From Nitrospinota bacterium (lineage in GTDB: Bacteria > Nitrospinota_A > UBA7883), in assembly GCA_029881335.1 (NCBI GenBank), contig JAOUMU010000001.1, positions 35,172 to 99,171 of the forward strand: a stretch of 64,000 nt of DNA, given 5' to 3'. This document shows, piece after piece, positions 45,401 through 54,676 of this stretch. A program made the position numbers and the translations under genes. Numbering within the stretch: the stretch's first letter is position 1; every line of letters starts with the position of its first letter. Below the pieces are notes generated by a model, which had not been told where the DNA came from, ran no database searches, and was given only the letters and a program-made list of their open reading frames with translations.

Positions 45401-45729
45401 GACTTTCTGTCTCTGGACGTCGCCAGCTGGAGCTGCGCAATATCCACCAGGGGGGGAGAAATGGCTATGAGCCTGGCCAAGCCCATGTAGTTTTCTGACC
45501 AGAGATTAATGCCTTGCCTGGTGGAGCCCAGGACGGTTCTCAACGCGGCGGCGGAAGAGGCTCTGGTTTCCCATTCCATAGTCTCCATTCCCTTCCAGGC
45601 GGAGATGGAAACCAGGACAGTAAAAATGGCCAGCAGGATGATCAGATTCCTGAGTTTTATCATGTCAGGGCAAAGGCAAACGGACCGGACACTGGCTGCC
45701 AAACAGGACATCCCCCCCAGCAATGACAC
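42409..45729 (-). CDS. membrane sensor with periplasmic Cache/CHASE-like domain, PAS domains, GGDEF and EAL (c-di-GMP turnover)
   Basis: 1106 aa. Two TM helices flank an approximately 330-aa periplasmic domain. PAS repeats follow. Then GGDEF (RLGGDEFTVII) and EAL (ELTENALV...DDFGIGYSSLSYL) domains. Confidence 0.8.
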   Translation of the reverse strand: MSLLGGMSCLAASVRSVCLCPDMIKLRNLIILLAIFTVLVSISAWKGMETMEWETRASSAAALRTVLGSTRQGINLWSENYMGLARLIAISPPLVDIAQLQLATSRDRKSILSSPGLHGARKLLRSRHKGLGFFIIAPDYLNVASSGDHDLGVENVISRENEDQLERVFREGLPTMTPPMTPHIPVADSDGRLVEDYPVMFAISPIWDKDGKVIAALALTVDPAIEFTGVMQLGRIGYSGETYALSRDGLMLTDSRFLAHLVAAGLLKEGETGILSVQVRDPGGDLVDGWTPSMDREAQPLTLMAQQVKAGVGGCEASGYRDYRGVRVIGCWLWDKDLEMGIATEIDEAEALGPYINMRFLFYTILGITVALSALLSLAITHIQSGYSQGLLKAREVAEMATADLVKVNEAMREAITDVRRQEQLLQTIVDNTTAIIYLKDKEGKYILVNRRYARLIKMGKEQVKGKTDYDIFPREVADRLAENDMRALMGSEPREMEEEAVFGDQKHVYLSMKFPLRRMSGDPYAICNISTDITERKKTEEKLELAASVFENSAEGVVVTDARGIIQSINPAFTQITGYSSGEAVGGNPSILKSGKHDKEFYKSMWDTLLSAGRWKGEIWNRRKSGEAYLQKTTITAIKDFSGATTQYAAVFYDITELRASEKEVEYKAYHDALTGLPNRQLFIDRLKHAIVRAKRAHAIFAVLFVDLDGFKLINDSLGHAVGDLLLRGVAIRMVGCAREEDTVARLGGDEFTVIIENMTSEEEAAAVARRINASLSEPFVHKKEELFISSSVGISLYPQNGQTAEDLLKNADLAMYNVKTVGKNSFMFFTKSLNDNAVRRHELESKLRKALEKNEISAVFQPKIELATGKMAGLEGLMRWTHDGRSISPAEFIPVAEDTGLIRELDEWMLDTACVFMNELLAEGLAGEEVTGISISINFSAKDLEQLNFVDKLISATKKHGLNPRRIEVELTENALVKNIESAVEKLRALRKWGFNISIDDFGIGYSSLSYLVKFPINYLKLDRSFVVDLFKDPDAKSVAKAVVSMAHEINLKVVAEGVETLEQLSFLSGIKCDQVQGYIFCKPVSREKIKEMLAKNEVFTLTP

Positions 45730-45990
45730 TGTACGAAGGAGTATTTAGAATGAAGATCAAGCTTTCCACGAAAAATTCCACTTTGTTGGTTTGATTGTGC
45801 CCTAACCGGGATTATACGTCAATCATTCCATGGACGCTCGCAGCCTGCGCTCCAGGGCTCGCAGGCAACGGGATGGACAGCCGATTCAGTTATGGTCAAC
45901 TCGCCCTCCACGGCCAAGCGGATTGGGAGGCCAAGGGCCGATCGGAAGTGTTCCTCCCTCATGCGATGGCCAATCGGGCAAATGAATAAA

Positions 45991-46066
<76 letters not shown>

Positions 46067-46079
46067 CCATATATAATCT

Positions 46080-46155
46080 TGGCGTCCCCAGCGGGAGTCG
46101 AACCCGCGTCGCCGCCGTGAAAGGGCGGTGTCCTGGGCCACTAGACGATGGGGAC
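46080..46155 (-). tRNA. tRNA-Glu (UUC)
   Basis: The reverse complement is GTCCCCATCGTCTAGTGGCCCAGGACACCGCCCTTTCACGGCGG...GGGGACGCCA. It is near-identical in pattern to E. coli tRNA-Glu. Confidence 0.9.
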
Positions 46156-46186
46156 GTCTTAATGCCAATACAATCGCGTATATTTT

Positions 46187-46262
46187 TGGTGAGCCGCGAA
46201 GGACTCGAACCTTCGACCCACTGCTTAAAAGGCAGTTGCTCTACCTCCTGAGCTAGCGGCCC
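46187..46262 (-). tRNA. tRNA-Lys (UUU)
   Basis: The reverse complement is GGGCCGCTAGCTCAGGAGGTAGAGCAACTGCCTTTTAAGCAGT...GCGGCTCACCA. The anticodon loop is CTTTTAA. Confidence 0.9.
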
Positions 46263-46353
46263 ACGCAAAAGAATCTGGTAGAGTAAAAATTCGCGGGCCT
46301 TTTGTCAAGCTATTAAGAGAAACCAGGCTGATTCTACCACATCCCGGCCCAAC

Positions 46354-46605
46354 CTATTCATCAGACAGCCTGTTAGCTTTCTCCAGTTCTTCGGCGTTAT
46401 CGGCGGCGCTATCAACTATCCCCACCAGGTCTTTCTCCAGGTGGCTCGTAAAGGTCTTGTCGCCTAATTTCCCGACTTTCTCGGCTCTCTCCCTCACGGT
46501 TTCCGGGGCCTTGGCCTCCGGCTCCCTGGTTTCGGTGCAGCCCGTGGCCATCATCAGGGCCACCGCCAGGGGCAGGGCCAGAAACGCTTTTCCAATGCCG
46601 CGCAT
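46354..46605 (-). CDS. small hypothetical lipoprotein
   Basis: Signal peptide plus MATGCTE lipobox. 83 aa. Confidence 0.35.
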   Translation of the reverse strand: MRGIGKAFLALPLAVALMMATGCTETREPEAKAPETVRERAEKVGKLGDKTFTSHLEKDLVGIVDSAADNAEELEKANRLSDE

Positions 46606-46686
46606 GTTTTTATCCTTTGAATTTTCGTATCGGATAATGATATCCGAAAGGAGCCGATGGATGGGGCGGAATCGGCCGCAATGCGG

Positions 46687-48483
46687 TTAACCACCAGAAT
46701 TGTGGCTTGCGCCCACTGTTCCTATCTGGCCGCTTTTCCCCAGCGGGAACACGATGTCCTCCCCATCCTTGATATCGAGCAGCGATTTCTCTTTTTCTGT
46801 TTTTCCTCCGTTATCTGTGTAATCCGGCCCTACGCTGTAGATTAATATCCCATCTTCAACGGAAACCATCTTCAACGGCTTGCCGTCGAAAGGATCGATG
46901 GGAACTGAGGTTATATAATCCGGCGCCAGATCATCCAACGATGCCGGATATCGCTCGGCCCTGGCGTGGTAAATCTGGGCCGCCAGCGCCGTCTTCGCCA
47001 GATAATATCGGGCTTCGGTGACGAAATTCCTTTTAACATAAACCTTATAATCCATCATACCTTGAAGCGCCCCGCCTAACAGGGATGGCTTTTTACCAGA
47101 CATTCCTTTAAATTCAACTGTAAAATCATCGGCGTATTGCCCAAACATGCCTTCGAATAACTTATCAAGCCCTTTCAGGAATTCAGGCGGGGACTTTTCC
47201 GCAAGCCGCAAAACTCTCCTGTGAAAAATGTCGTCAAAATCAATGTCATACTCCAGACCGAAAATCACATAGAGTTTCAGCGCCAGCCTTTCGGCGATGT
47301 TTGGCCCATTATCACGGCTCCAGATCCTCTCCGGGTCTCTCACAGGCTCACCCCTGCTCTCCTTGACGATGTTATATAAAAACTCCAGATCGAAAGCTAT
47401 CTCGGCCAAGCTGGCCCGTCTCCAGACGAATTCCCCAGCCAATCCTGTTTTAATATACTTCCCATCGATGACCTGATACCTGACAGGCGCAGCCCCCTTG
47501 GCGAAGATTAAAGACGGATTCTCTTCAATAATCTTTTGCACAGCGCCGCTTCCGATATCAGTTATCCACACACCAAGCAATGTGGAGACCAATGATGGAG
47601 GGGAGGCGGCAGTATGACCGCCAAGGTTATAAACCAATTCCACATTATCAACCGCCTCCATAATCAGTTTCTCCCGCGCCAGAAGCCTCGCCTCCAGCGC
47701 CAGGGCCGCCGCCATCTCTTTTTTATCCACGTACCTGGGCATTGCGGATTCCCAGCCGGGCCATCCTGGGTCGAGGGCTGGATTGTCTGCGTATGAGTAT
47801 CCAGCCATTGCGGCGCCTTTTTTGACCAGGTCAAGATAATCCTTCCTCTCCCCTATATACGCCCGCGCTTTCGCCCAGGCTTCATCGTCCTCCTTGTCCA
47901 GAAGTTTCAACATTTCCACAAACTCACCGTCATTTGCGGCTTGCCCCTCCCCAGCAATATCCCAGGCCTTGTCATAATAAGTGGCGGCGTTTTCCTCCTC
48001 CAGCGGGCGCGGAGGAAGTATGCGAATCATCGTGTCGGCGGCCATGCTTTTTATCATGGCGAACCTGGGAAGGCTGAACTGATATGACACCTCAACGGTG
48101 ACCCAGATCATTACCATCATGACCGCGCACGCCCCGGCAAGAAGAGAGATGGGCCATCTGGCCGCCGCCATGCTGCCCACCAGACTTTTTTTGCCACCAG
48201 CTGCGAAGATAAAAGCGCCACCCGCGGCCAAAAATATGGTCATGGAGAAGAAGAAAGGATAAAGCCATCCAGGCTCAAGATCTAAAAGTCCCCCAATATC
48301 CATAACCCTGGCCATGAACGCCGCCCAGGCCGCCGACGCCACGAGCAACACCACCCAGGCTCCCGAAACCACATCCCGGAAAAACTGGCTTGACATCCGG
48401 CCAAGGGTGGCGCGGACCATGGCCGTCAGCAGCAAGGCCAGTCCAGCCATCTGAGCCCATAACAGAATCGCTGTCATATCCAT
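46687..48483 (-). CDS. hypothetical membrane protein (4 N-terminal TM helices plus an approximately 450-aa soluble domain)
   Basis: 598 aa. No recognisable catalytic motif. Confidence 0.4.
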   Translation of the reverse strand: MDMTAILLWAQMAGLALLLTAMVRATLGRMSSQFFRDVVSGAWVVLLVASAAWAAFMARVMDIGGLLDLEPGWLYPFFFSMTIFLAAGGAFIFAAGGKKSLVGSMAAARWPISLLAGACAVMMVMIWVTVEVSYQFSLPRFAMIKSMAADTMIRILPPRPLEEENAATYYDKAWDIAGEGQAANDGEFVEMLKLLDKEDDEAWAKARAYIGERKDYLDLVKKGAAMAGYSYADNPALDPGWPGWESAMPRYVDKKEMAAALALEARLLAREKLIMEAVDNVELVYNLGGHTAASPPSLVSTLLGVWITDIGSGAVQKIIEENPSLIFAKGAAPVRYQVIDGKYIKTGLAGEFVWRRASLAEIAFDLEFLYNIVKESRGEPVRDPERIWSRDNGPNIAERLALKLYVIFGLEYDIDFDDIFHRRVLRLAEKSPPEFLKGLDKLFEGMFGQYADDFTVEFKGMSGKKPSLLGGALQGMMDYKVYVKRNFVTEARYYLAKTALAAQIYHARAERYPASLDDLAPDYITSVPIDPFDGKPLKMVSVEDGILIYSVGPDYTDNGGKTEKEKSLLDIKDGEDIVFPLGKSGQIGTVGASHNSGG

Positions 48484-48581
48484 CCTTTTCCCAAGGTATT
48501 ATTATATCGTTATGGGGCTTAGCTTGTCTGTCAGGACAGAAGCCCCATATTCCACCAAATCAGGAGGATCTCATCACCTGA

Positions 48582-48610
48582 TGGCCTGAACCGCCCCGAG
48601 GCTGTATAAT
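48582..48610 (+). promoter_or_regulatory. putative sigma70-type promoter upstream of the PFK gene
   Basis: Perfect TATAAT at 48605-48610, with a weak -35 (TGGCCT) 17 nt upstream. This implies the PFK start is the ATG at 48636, which has an AGGATGG RBS. Confidence 0.3.
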
Positions 48611-48635
48611 GTTCCAATTAACTAAAGGATGGAAA

Positions 48636-49928
48636 ATGAACAATCTGACGGCTGGCATTCTGGTGGGCGGAGGCCCCGCGCCCGGCATCAACGGCGTAAT
48701 ACGAGCGGCCACCATTAAACTTAGAAACCATGGGGCCAAAATCATCGGCATATACGATGGCTTTTCACACCTGATGAAAGGGGACATATCCCACGTCAGA
48801 GATCTTCAAATTGACGATGTCTCCGTCATCCATTTTGATGGTGGTTCCATCCTGCGCACCAGCCGAGCAAATCCCACCAAGAAAAAGGATGATCTGGAGC
48901 TTGTGGTGGAGGGATTGCAAAAGCTGGGCATAAACTGCCTTATCACTATAGGAGGAGACGACACCTGCTTTTCGGCTCACAAAATCGCCAAGCAGGCGGA
49001 AGGGCGGATCCAGGTGATCCATGTCCCAAAGACCATAGACAACGATATCAACCTCCCCCACGGCATCCGCACTTTCGGCTTCGCCTCGGCCCGCAGTTTC
49101 GGCGTAAAGATCGTAAAGAGTGTGATGAACGACGCTAAAAGCACCGGCCGCTGGTACTTTGTAATCGCCATGGGGCGCAAGGCGGGCCACCTGGCCCTGG
49201 GGATCGGCAGCCCCGCCGGCGCCACCCTCACCGTCATCCCGGAGGAGCACCTCGAGGAGAAGATGGATATATCCTGGCTGGTGGATACCCTGGTTGGCGC
49301 CATCATCAAAAGGATCTCCGTGGGGCGTGACTATGGCGTGGCGGTGCTGGCCGAGGGCCTGGCCGAAAAGCTGGACGCCGCTCAACTGGCCGCCATGGGC
49401 CAGCTGGAATACGACGAACATGGGCATCCGCGCCTTTCCGAGATAGATTTTGGAAGGGTAATAAAAAACCGGGCGCGCCAGGAGCTGGAGAAGCTGGGGA
49501 TCAAGATGACGATTGTGGACAAGGACATAGGCTACGAACTGCGCTGCGCAGACCCTACCCCCTTCGAAATGGAATACGTAAAGGAACTCGGCTTCTCAGC
49601 GGCCAAGCACGCGCTGATGGGCGGCTCGGGCGACATGGTCTCCATTCAGGACGGCGCCTTTGTCCCCATCCCCTTCTACGCCATCATGGATCCGGCCACG
49701 GGCCGCACAAAGGTGCGCATGATGGACATCCATTCGGAAGCCTATGAAATGGCCCTTGAATATATGATCCGTCTGAAGAAGGAGGACTTTGACAATGAGG
49801 ACTCGGTGAAAAAACTGGCGGCCTGCACAACCCTGGATCCGGAGCAGTTCCGCCAGAGGTTCGAGAAAGTGGCGGTGAAGTTTGAGGGTTCTTCCGTGGT
49901 TATCCCCTACCAGCAGCCGAACGCCTAG
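48636..49928 (+). CDS. 6-phosphofructokinase, probably the PPi-dependent type
   Basis: GILVGGGPAPGING, ITIGGDDT (GGDD rather than GGDG) and PKTIDND. The track ORF starts 9 codons earlier, at 48609. Confidence 0.75.
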   Translation: MNNLTAGILVGGGPAPGINGVIRAATIKLRNHGAKIIGIYDGFSHLMKGDISHVRDLQIDDVSVIHFDGGSILRTSRANPTKKKDDLELVVEGLQKLGINCLITIGGDDTCFSAHKIAKQAEGRIQVIHVPKTIDNDINLPHGIRTFGFASARSFGVKIVKSVMNDAKSTGRWYFVIAMGRKAGHLALGIGSPAGATLTVIPEEHLEEKMDISWLVDTLVGAIIKRISVGRDYGVAVLAEGLAEKLDAAQLAAMGQLEYDEHGHPRLSEIDFGRVIKNRARQELEKLGIKMTIVDKDIGYELRCADPTPFEMEYVKELGFSAAKHALMGGSGDMVSIQDGAFVPIPFYAIMDPATGRTKVRMMDIHSEAYEMALEYMIRLKKEDFDNEDSVKKLAACTTLDPEQFRQRFEKVAVKFEGSSVVIPYQQPNA

Positions 49929-50801
49929 ATGTCATACGATCATACGCCAGAGGAGGTATCGGGCCAACCTCCGGAAGATGAAAAGCGCGTCATCCGGGTG
50001 GGCGCCTCCGGCTTTTCTTACGACGACTGGATAGGGCCTGTCTATCCCCAGGGTACCAAGCGCGCAGACATGCTCTCCTATTACGCCAACGAGCTGAAGT
50101 TCGACCTGGTGGAGCTCAATTATACCTATTACACCATGCCTGCGCAAAAGGGCGTTGAAGGGATGCTCTCCCGGGTGGAGCCGGACTTTACCTTCATCGC
50201 CAAGGCCCACCAATCGCTGACCCACAAGATCCGCGACGAATCCGGCGGGTATATCCGAGATGAGACCGCCGTGGCGACTTTCAAGGAGGGGCTGGCCCCC
50301 ATGATCGACGGCGGGCGGCTGGCCTGTGTGCTGGCTCAGTTCCCCATGAAGTTCGGGCGGGGGACACCGGGGAAGGAGCATATAGCCTGGTTGGCCGAGC
50401 GTCTGGCGCCGACGCGATTGGTGGTGGAATTCCGCAACAAGGCATGGATCGCCCAGTCGGTGTTCGATTTTTTAAAAAATATCGGCGTCGGTTACTGCGT
50501 GGTGGACGAGCCGGACCTTCCCTCCCTCTCCCCTTTCATGCCGGTGGCCACCACGGATATCGCCTACTTCCGCTTCCACGGGCGTAATAAAAAATGGTTC
50601 GGTGTCTCCGCCGCCCAAAGACATAACTATGAGTACTCCGACCCGGAGCTGCGCCAGTTCATCACACCGATAAACAAGGTAGCCAGGCAGACAAGGACCA
50701 CTTTGATCCTCTTTAATAATCACTTTGGGGGCCAGGCCGTGCGCAACGCCATGGCCATGAGAGAGCTGCTGGGTCTTGCAGGGCAAAAGGCTGTCGGCTG
50801 A
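49929..50801 (+). CDS. DUF72 (UPF0759) family protein
   Basis: Its length and conserved pattern (FSYDDWIGPVYP...FRFHGRN) are characteristic of DUF72. It starts directly after the PFK stop. Confidence 0.6.
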   Translation: MSYDHTPEEVSGQPPEDEKRVIRVGASGFSYDDWIGPVYPQGTKRADMLSYYANELKFDLVELNYTYYTMPAQKGVEGMLSRVEPDFTFIAKAHQSLTHKIRDESGGYIRDETAVATFKEGLAPMIDGGRLACVLAQFPMKFGRGTPGKEHIAWLAERLAPTRLVVEFRNKAWIAQSVFDFLKNIGVGYCVVDEPDLPSLSPFMPVATTDIAYFRFHGRNKKWFGVSAAQRHNYEYSDPELRQFITPINKVARQTRTTLILFNNHFGGQAVRNAMAMRELLGLAGQKAVG

Positions 50802-50844
50802 GAGGGCGTTGCTTTCGGGCAATGCGGGAGTATAATCAAAATCC

Positions 50845-51705
50845 ATGACCGAAGAAATCCAGACAGAAACCGGGGAGCAGCCCTCCGGCCCCATAAGCGC
50901 GGGGGTGGAGAGCGGAAACACCCATGCTCGAAAGAGGGTGTTGCGCAAGGTGGACCCGGAGGAGCGCCTGCCAATCACCGCGCACCTGGAGGAACTGCGC
51001 TGGAGAATCATTTACAGCGCCATTACTATCATGGTCATCTTCATTCCCATGTACGCCGTATCCGAGGAGCTGCTCATATTCCTGCGGCGCCCTCTGCCGC
51101 CGGAGGAGAAACTGTTTTTCAGCTCCCTTCCGGGAGCTTTCTTTATCTACCTGAAGATATCGTTTTACAGCGCGGTAATCATCTCGGCCCCGATAATCAT
51201 ATACCACGTCTGGGAGTTTATCGCACCGGGCCTTTTGCAGGTGGAGCGAAAGTATACAAAACTTTTCGTCCTCTTCGGCACTCTCTCCTTCGCCGCCGGG
51301 GCCGCCTTCTGCTACTTTGTGGCGATGCCGGTGGCGATCCCGTTTCTCATTGGATTCGGTGGAGACACCTTACAGCCCTGGTTGACCGGGCAGGAGTATA
51401 TCTCCTTTTTCTTTATGATAATCATTGGTTTTGGGGTGGCTTTCGAGCTGCCCCTGGTCCTCATCTTCCTGATGGCCACCCGGATAACCAACTACAGGGC
51501 GCTGGCCCGCCACCGGGGATATGCGCTGATCGGCTCGGTGACTGCAGGAGCGGTTCTCACTCCCACCCAGGACCCGTTCAATATGATGGTGCTGGCTGTT
51601 CCCTTATACCTTTTCTTCGAGATGAGCCTGCTGGTAGGCTGGATTTTTTTCAAACCCCCGCCTGAGGCGCCCCAGGAGCATGTGAATGAACCAGCCGAAG
51701 GATAA
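50845..51705 (+). CDS. tatC: twin-arginine translocase subunit TatC
   Basis: Six TM helices with TatC motifs (HLEELRWRIIYS...PMYAVSE...FELPLV). Confidence 0.85.
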   Translation: MTEEIQTETGEQPSGPISAGVESGNTHARKRVLRKVDPEERLPITAHLEELRWRIIYSAITIMVIFIPMYAVSEELLIFLRRPLPPEEKLFFSSLPGAFFIYLKISFYSAVIISAPIIIYHVWEFIAPGLLQVERKYTKLFVLFGTLSFAAGAAFCYFVAMPVAIPFLIGFGGDTLQPWLTGQEYISFFFMIIIGFGVAFELPLVLIFLMATRITNYRALARHRGYALIGSVTAGAVLTPTQDPFNMMVLAVPLYLFFEMSLLVGWIFFKPPPEAPQEHVNEPAEG

Positions 51706-52405
51706 ATTAATCGCGGCCCTGGACGTGGACTCCCAGGAAGAGGCGATGGCCGCGGTAGGGCGGATGGATGGCGCCCTCGCCTGGGTGAAGGTGGGCGCCA
51801 GGCTCTTCTCCTCCACCGGGCCGTCCATGGTGACGTTGCTCAAGCAGCAAGGGCTGAAGGTGTTCCTGGATTTAAAGTTCCACGATATCCCGGCCACCGT
51901 GGCTTCCGCCTGCAAAAACGCAGTGGCCACCGGAGCGGACATGATCAACGTCCACGCCTTGGGAGGCCGCGCCATGATGGCTGAAGCCGCCGCCGCCGCC
52001 CGGAATGGAGCAAAGACCGCCGGATTGCCTCCCCCCATCGTCATCGCCGTCACCGTACTCACCAGCATGGGGCCGGAGGACTTGATCCAAATGGGTATCA
52101 CCGGGACTCCAGAGGAACTGGCCCTGCACCTGGCCCGCGAGGCGAAGGCCGCCGGGCTCGACGGTGTGGTGGCCTCCGCTCATGAAGTGACCGCCATAAA
52201 GAGTGCCAATGGCGCCGATTTCCTGGTGGTGACTCCCGGCATCCGCCCCGCTTGGGCCTGCGCCGATGACCAAAAAAGGATCATGACCCCCGTCCAGGCT
52301 CTGAGGCTGGGGGCGGACTTTCTGGTGGTGGGCCGCCCTATATTCGGCGCAGCGGACCCGAAAGCCGCGGCCCTGCTAACAATGAAGGAGATGGCGGAAG
52401 AGTAA
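51686..52405 (+). CDS. pyrF: orotidine-5'-phosphate decarboxylase
   Basis: LIAALDVDS..., KVGARLF, and FLDLKFHDIPATV with the catalytic Lys/Asp region. Confidence 0.85.
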   Translation: MNQPKDKLIAALDVDSQEEAMAAVGRMDGALAWVKVGARLFSSTGPSMVTLLKQQGLKVFLDLKFHDIPATVASACKNAVATGADMINVHALGGRAMMAEAAAAARNGAKTAGLPPPIVIAVTVLTSMGPEDLIQMGITGTPEELALHLAREAKAAGLDGVVASAHEVTAIKSANGADFLVVTPGIRPAWACADDQKRIMTPVQALRLGADFLVVGRPIFGAADPKAAALLTMKEMAEE

Positions 52406-52456
52406 CGGCGATCATTCCCCATGGGCCTGAGTCCTCCATTGAGATAAAATAGAGAT

Positions 52457-54427
52457 ATGATACGACTTGAAAATATATCCAAAGCGCACGGCGGGACCCC
52501 TGTATTCTCTGATCTGTCGCTGCATATCCGGCCTGGCCGCCGTGTGGGCCTGGTGGGGGACAATGGCGCGGGGAAAACCACCCTGCTAAATATCCTGGCA
52601 GGTGACCTGGCGGCGGACGATGGGCGGCGGATTGTCTCCCCTGGTGTGCGCATCGGCATCCTACGCCAGGAAACCGGCGGAGGGGATGATGTCCCCTTGC
52701 TGGAAAACGTCATCGCCGGGGCGGATCATCTGGTCGCCATGCAGGATGAGATGACCAGCATAACTGATCGTCTGCATGAAGCGGAGAGCAGGAGGGACAT
52801 TAAAACCGTTGAGCGGCTGGCCCACGATCTGGCCGAAGCCCAGGAACGGTTTCACGATGCGGGCGGGTATGCCATTGAGGGGCAGGCCCGCGCGATTCTG
52901 GCGGGGCTCGGATTTACTCCGGACCAGTTCGAGCGCCCCACAGGCGCCTTTTCCGGCGGCTGGCGGATGAGAATGAGCCTGGCCAGGCTGCTCCTGTCCC
53001 ATCCGGGGCTTCTGCTGCTCGACGAACCGACCAACCATCTTGATCTGGAATCCTCCATCTGGCTGGAGAGTTTTCTCACAAGCTACGATGGCTCGCTGCT
53101 GATAATCAGCCATGACAGGTTTTTCCTGAATCGAATGGTGGACTCCATCGCCGAAATTGAGTTTGGCAAGCTGACCCTATACCCCTTTCCCTACGATAAA
53201 TATGTGGAGGAGAAACAGATAAGGCGGGAGCATCTGCAGTCCGCCGCCAATCGCCAGCAAAAAGAGATCGCCCATCAGGAACGGTTCATAGAAAGGTTCC
53301 GGGCCAAGAATACAAAAGCTACACTTGTCAAAAGCCGGGAGAAGGCGCTCAGCAAGATCGAGCTAATCGAGACCGTGAAGCAGACCCGGGGCATCGGATT
53401 TAAATTCGTGGAGACAGGGCGCATCGGCCACACTCCGGTGGAGGTTATAAAGGCCACTGTGGCCTATGGCGATAACGTGGTGTATCGCGACCTGGATTTC
53501 TCCATCAGAAGAGGGGACCGGATAGCCCTGGTGGGGCCCAACGGCGCGGGTAAATCAACCCTCATCAAGCTTCTCTCCGGCCTCTTGTCGCCGAAAAGCG
53601 GCATGTTGAAAATCTCCGAAAGTGTGTCTATGCGCCATTTTGCCCAGCATCAGGTCGAGGCGCTGAATCCGGAGAACACCGTCCTGGACGAACTGATCTC
53701 CGGAATCCCTTTCGACGCCATCCCCAGAGCCCGAGGGATCCTGGGCGCCTTTCTATTCCGCAAGGACGAGGTGGAAAAACTGGTGAAGGTTCTCTCCGGC
53801 GGGGAGAAGAGCCGCCTGGCGCTGGCCAAGATCGCGCTTAATCCCACCAACCTTATGCTGCTGGACGAGCCGACAAACCACCTGGACTTGAAAAGCCGCC
53901 AAGCCCTGGAAAAGGCCCTGGCGGGGTATGGCGGATGTATCGTCCTCATCTCTCACGACCGCGCCTTCATAGACGCCGTGGCCAACAAGATAATCCATGT
54001 GGAGCATGGCCAGCTCACCGAGTTTCTGGGTGACTGGATGTATTACGAGCGCACGAAGGAGCAGAAGCTGGGAACCGCCGCCGCCATGCCCGATGCAGTT
54101 ATCCAGCGGAGCGCTCCGCCGCCTGCCAAGGAGAGGAAATCGAAAAAGGAAGCCCGCCAGGAAGCGGCCAGGCAAAGAAACGAGCGGCGGGGAAACGCCG
54201 GCACGCTGAGAAAAGATCTCTCCACCGTGGAGGCGAGGATCGCGGCGGTGGAAGTCCGTAGCGGCGAGGTGGAGTTATTGCTGGCCGATCCGGATACTTA
54301 CAAGGACCCGTCTGCGTCCGTGGAACTGGCTCGTGAACTGGCGGCTCTTAAAAACGAGAACGAAAAGTTGCTTCTGCGTTGGGAGTCGTTGTCGAGCCAG
54401 CTAGAGTCCATCGTTTCAGGTGGGTGA
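52457..54427 (+). CDS. ABC-F family ATPase (two tandem ABC domains, no TM)
   Basis: Two Walker A motifs (GDNGAGKTT, GPNGAGKST) and two signature motifs (FSGGWRMRMSLA, LSGGEKSRLALA). Confidence 0.85.
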   Translation: MIRLENISKAHGGTPVFSDLSLHIRPGRRVGLVGDNGAGKTTLLNILAGDLAADDGRRIVSPGVRIGILRQETGGGDDVPLLENVIAGADHLVAMQDEMTSITDRLHEAESRRDIKTVERLAHDLAEAQERFHDAGGYAIEGQARAILAGLGFTPDQFERPTGAFSGGWRMRMSLARLLLSHPGLLLLDEPTNHLDLESSIWLESFLTSYDGSLLIISHDRFFLNRMVDSIAEIEFGKLTLYPFPYDKYVEEKQIRREHLQSAANRQQKEIAHQERFIERFRAKNTKATLVKSREKALSKIELIETVKQTRGIGFKFVETGRIGHTPVEVIKATVAYGDNVVYRDLDFSIRRGDRIALVGPNGAGKSTLIKLLSGLLSPKSGMLKISESVSMRHFAQHQVEALNPENTVLDELISGIPFDAIPRARGILGAFLFRKDEVEKLVKVLSGGEKSRLALAKIALNPTNLMLLDEPTNHLDLKSRQALEKALAGYGGCIVLISHDRAFIDAVANKIIHVEHGQLTEFLGDWMYYERTKEQKLGTAAAMPDAVIQRSAPPPAKERKSKKEARQEAARQRNERRGNAGTLRKDLSTVEARIAAVEVRSGEVELLLADPDTYKDPSASVELARELAALKNENEKLLLRWESLSSQLESIVSGG

Positions 54428-54451
54428 CCATTACATGAGGCGCCTTCCCCC

Positions 54452-54676
54452 TCACACGGCGTCTATAAACTCCACTGCGGAGTAGCCCGCTTTTTCGATC
54501 GCGTCGGCCATCATCTCGTTTGTGACGCGAACCTCGTCGAAGCTCACCCGGGCCTGTTGCCCCTCCAGGTCCACTTTCGCCGTCTCCACTCCATCGATCT
54601 TTGCTAGCGCCTGCGATAGCCAGTTGACGCAGTGCCCGCAGCTCATACCCTCAATGCGAATCACCCGCGTTGTCAT
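54452..54676 (-). CDS. heavy-metal-associated (HMA, CopZ-like) metallochaperone domain protein
   Basis: GMSCGHCVNWLSQALAKIDGV MxCxxC motif. The start is moved to MTTRVIRIEG, whose ATG overlaps the CBS gene stop as ATGA. The track ORF extends an implausible 46 codons upstream. Confidence 0.65.
   Translation of the reverse strand: MTTRVIRIEGMSCGHCVNWLSQALAKIDGVETAKVDLEGQQARVSFDEVRVTNEMMADAIEKAGYSAVEFIDAV

Noticed and set aside
50802-50844. TATAAT hexamer 11 nt upstream of the tatC ATG, and a small TTGC...GCAA hairpin
   Set aside because: Too close to the start codon to give a normal leader and there is no clear -35. Probably coincidental in this short spacer, so not annotated.
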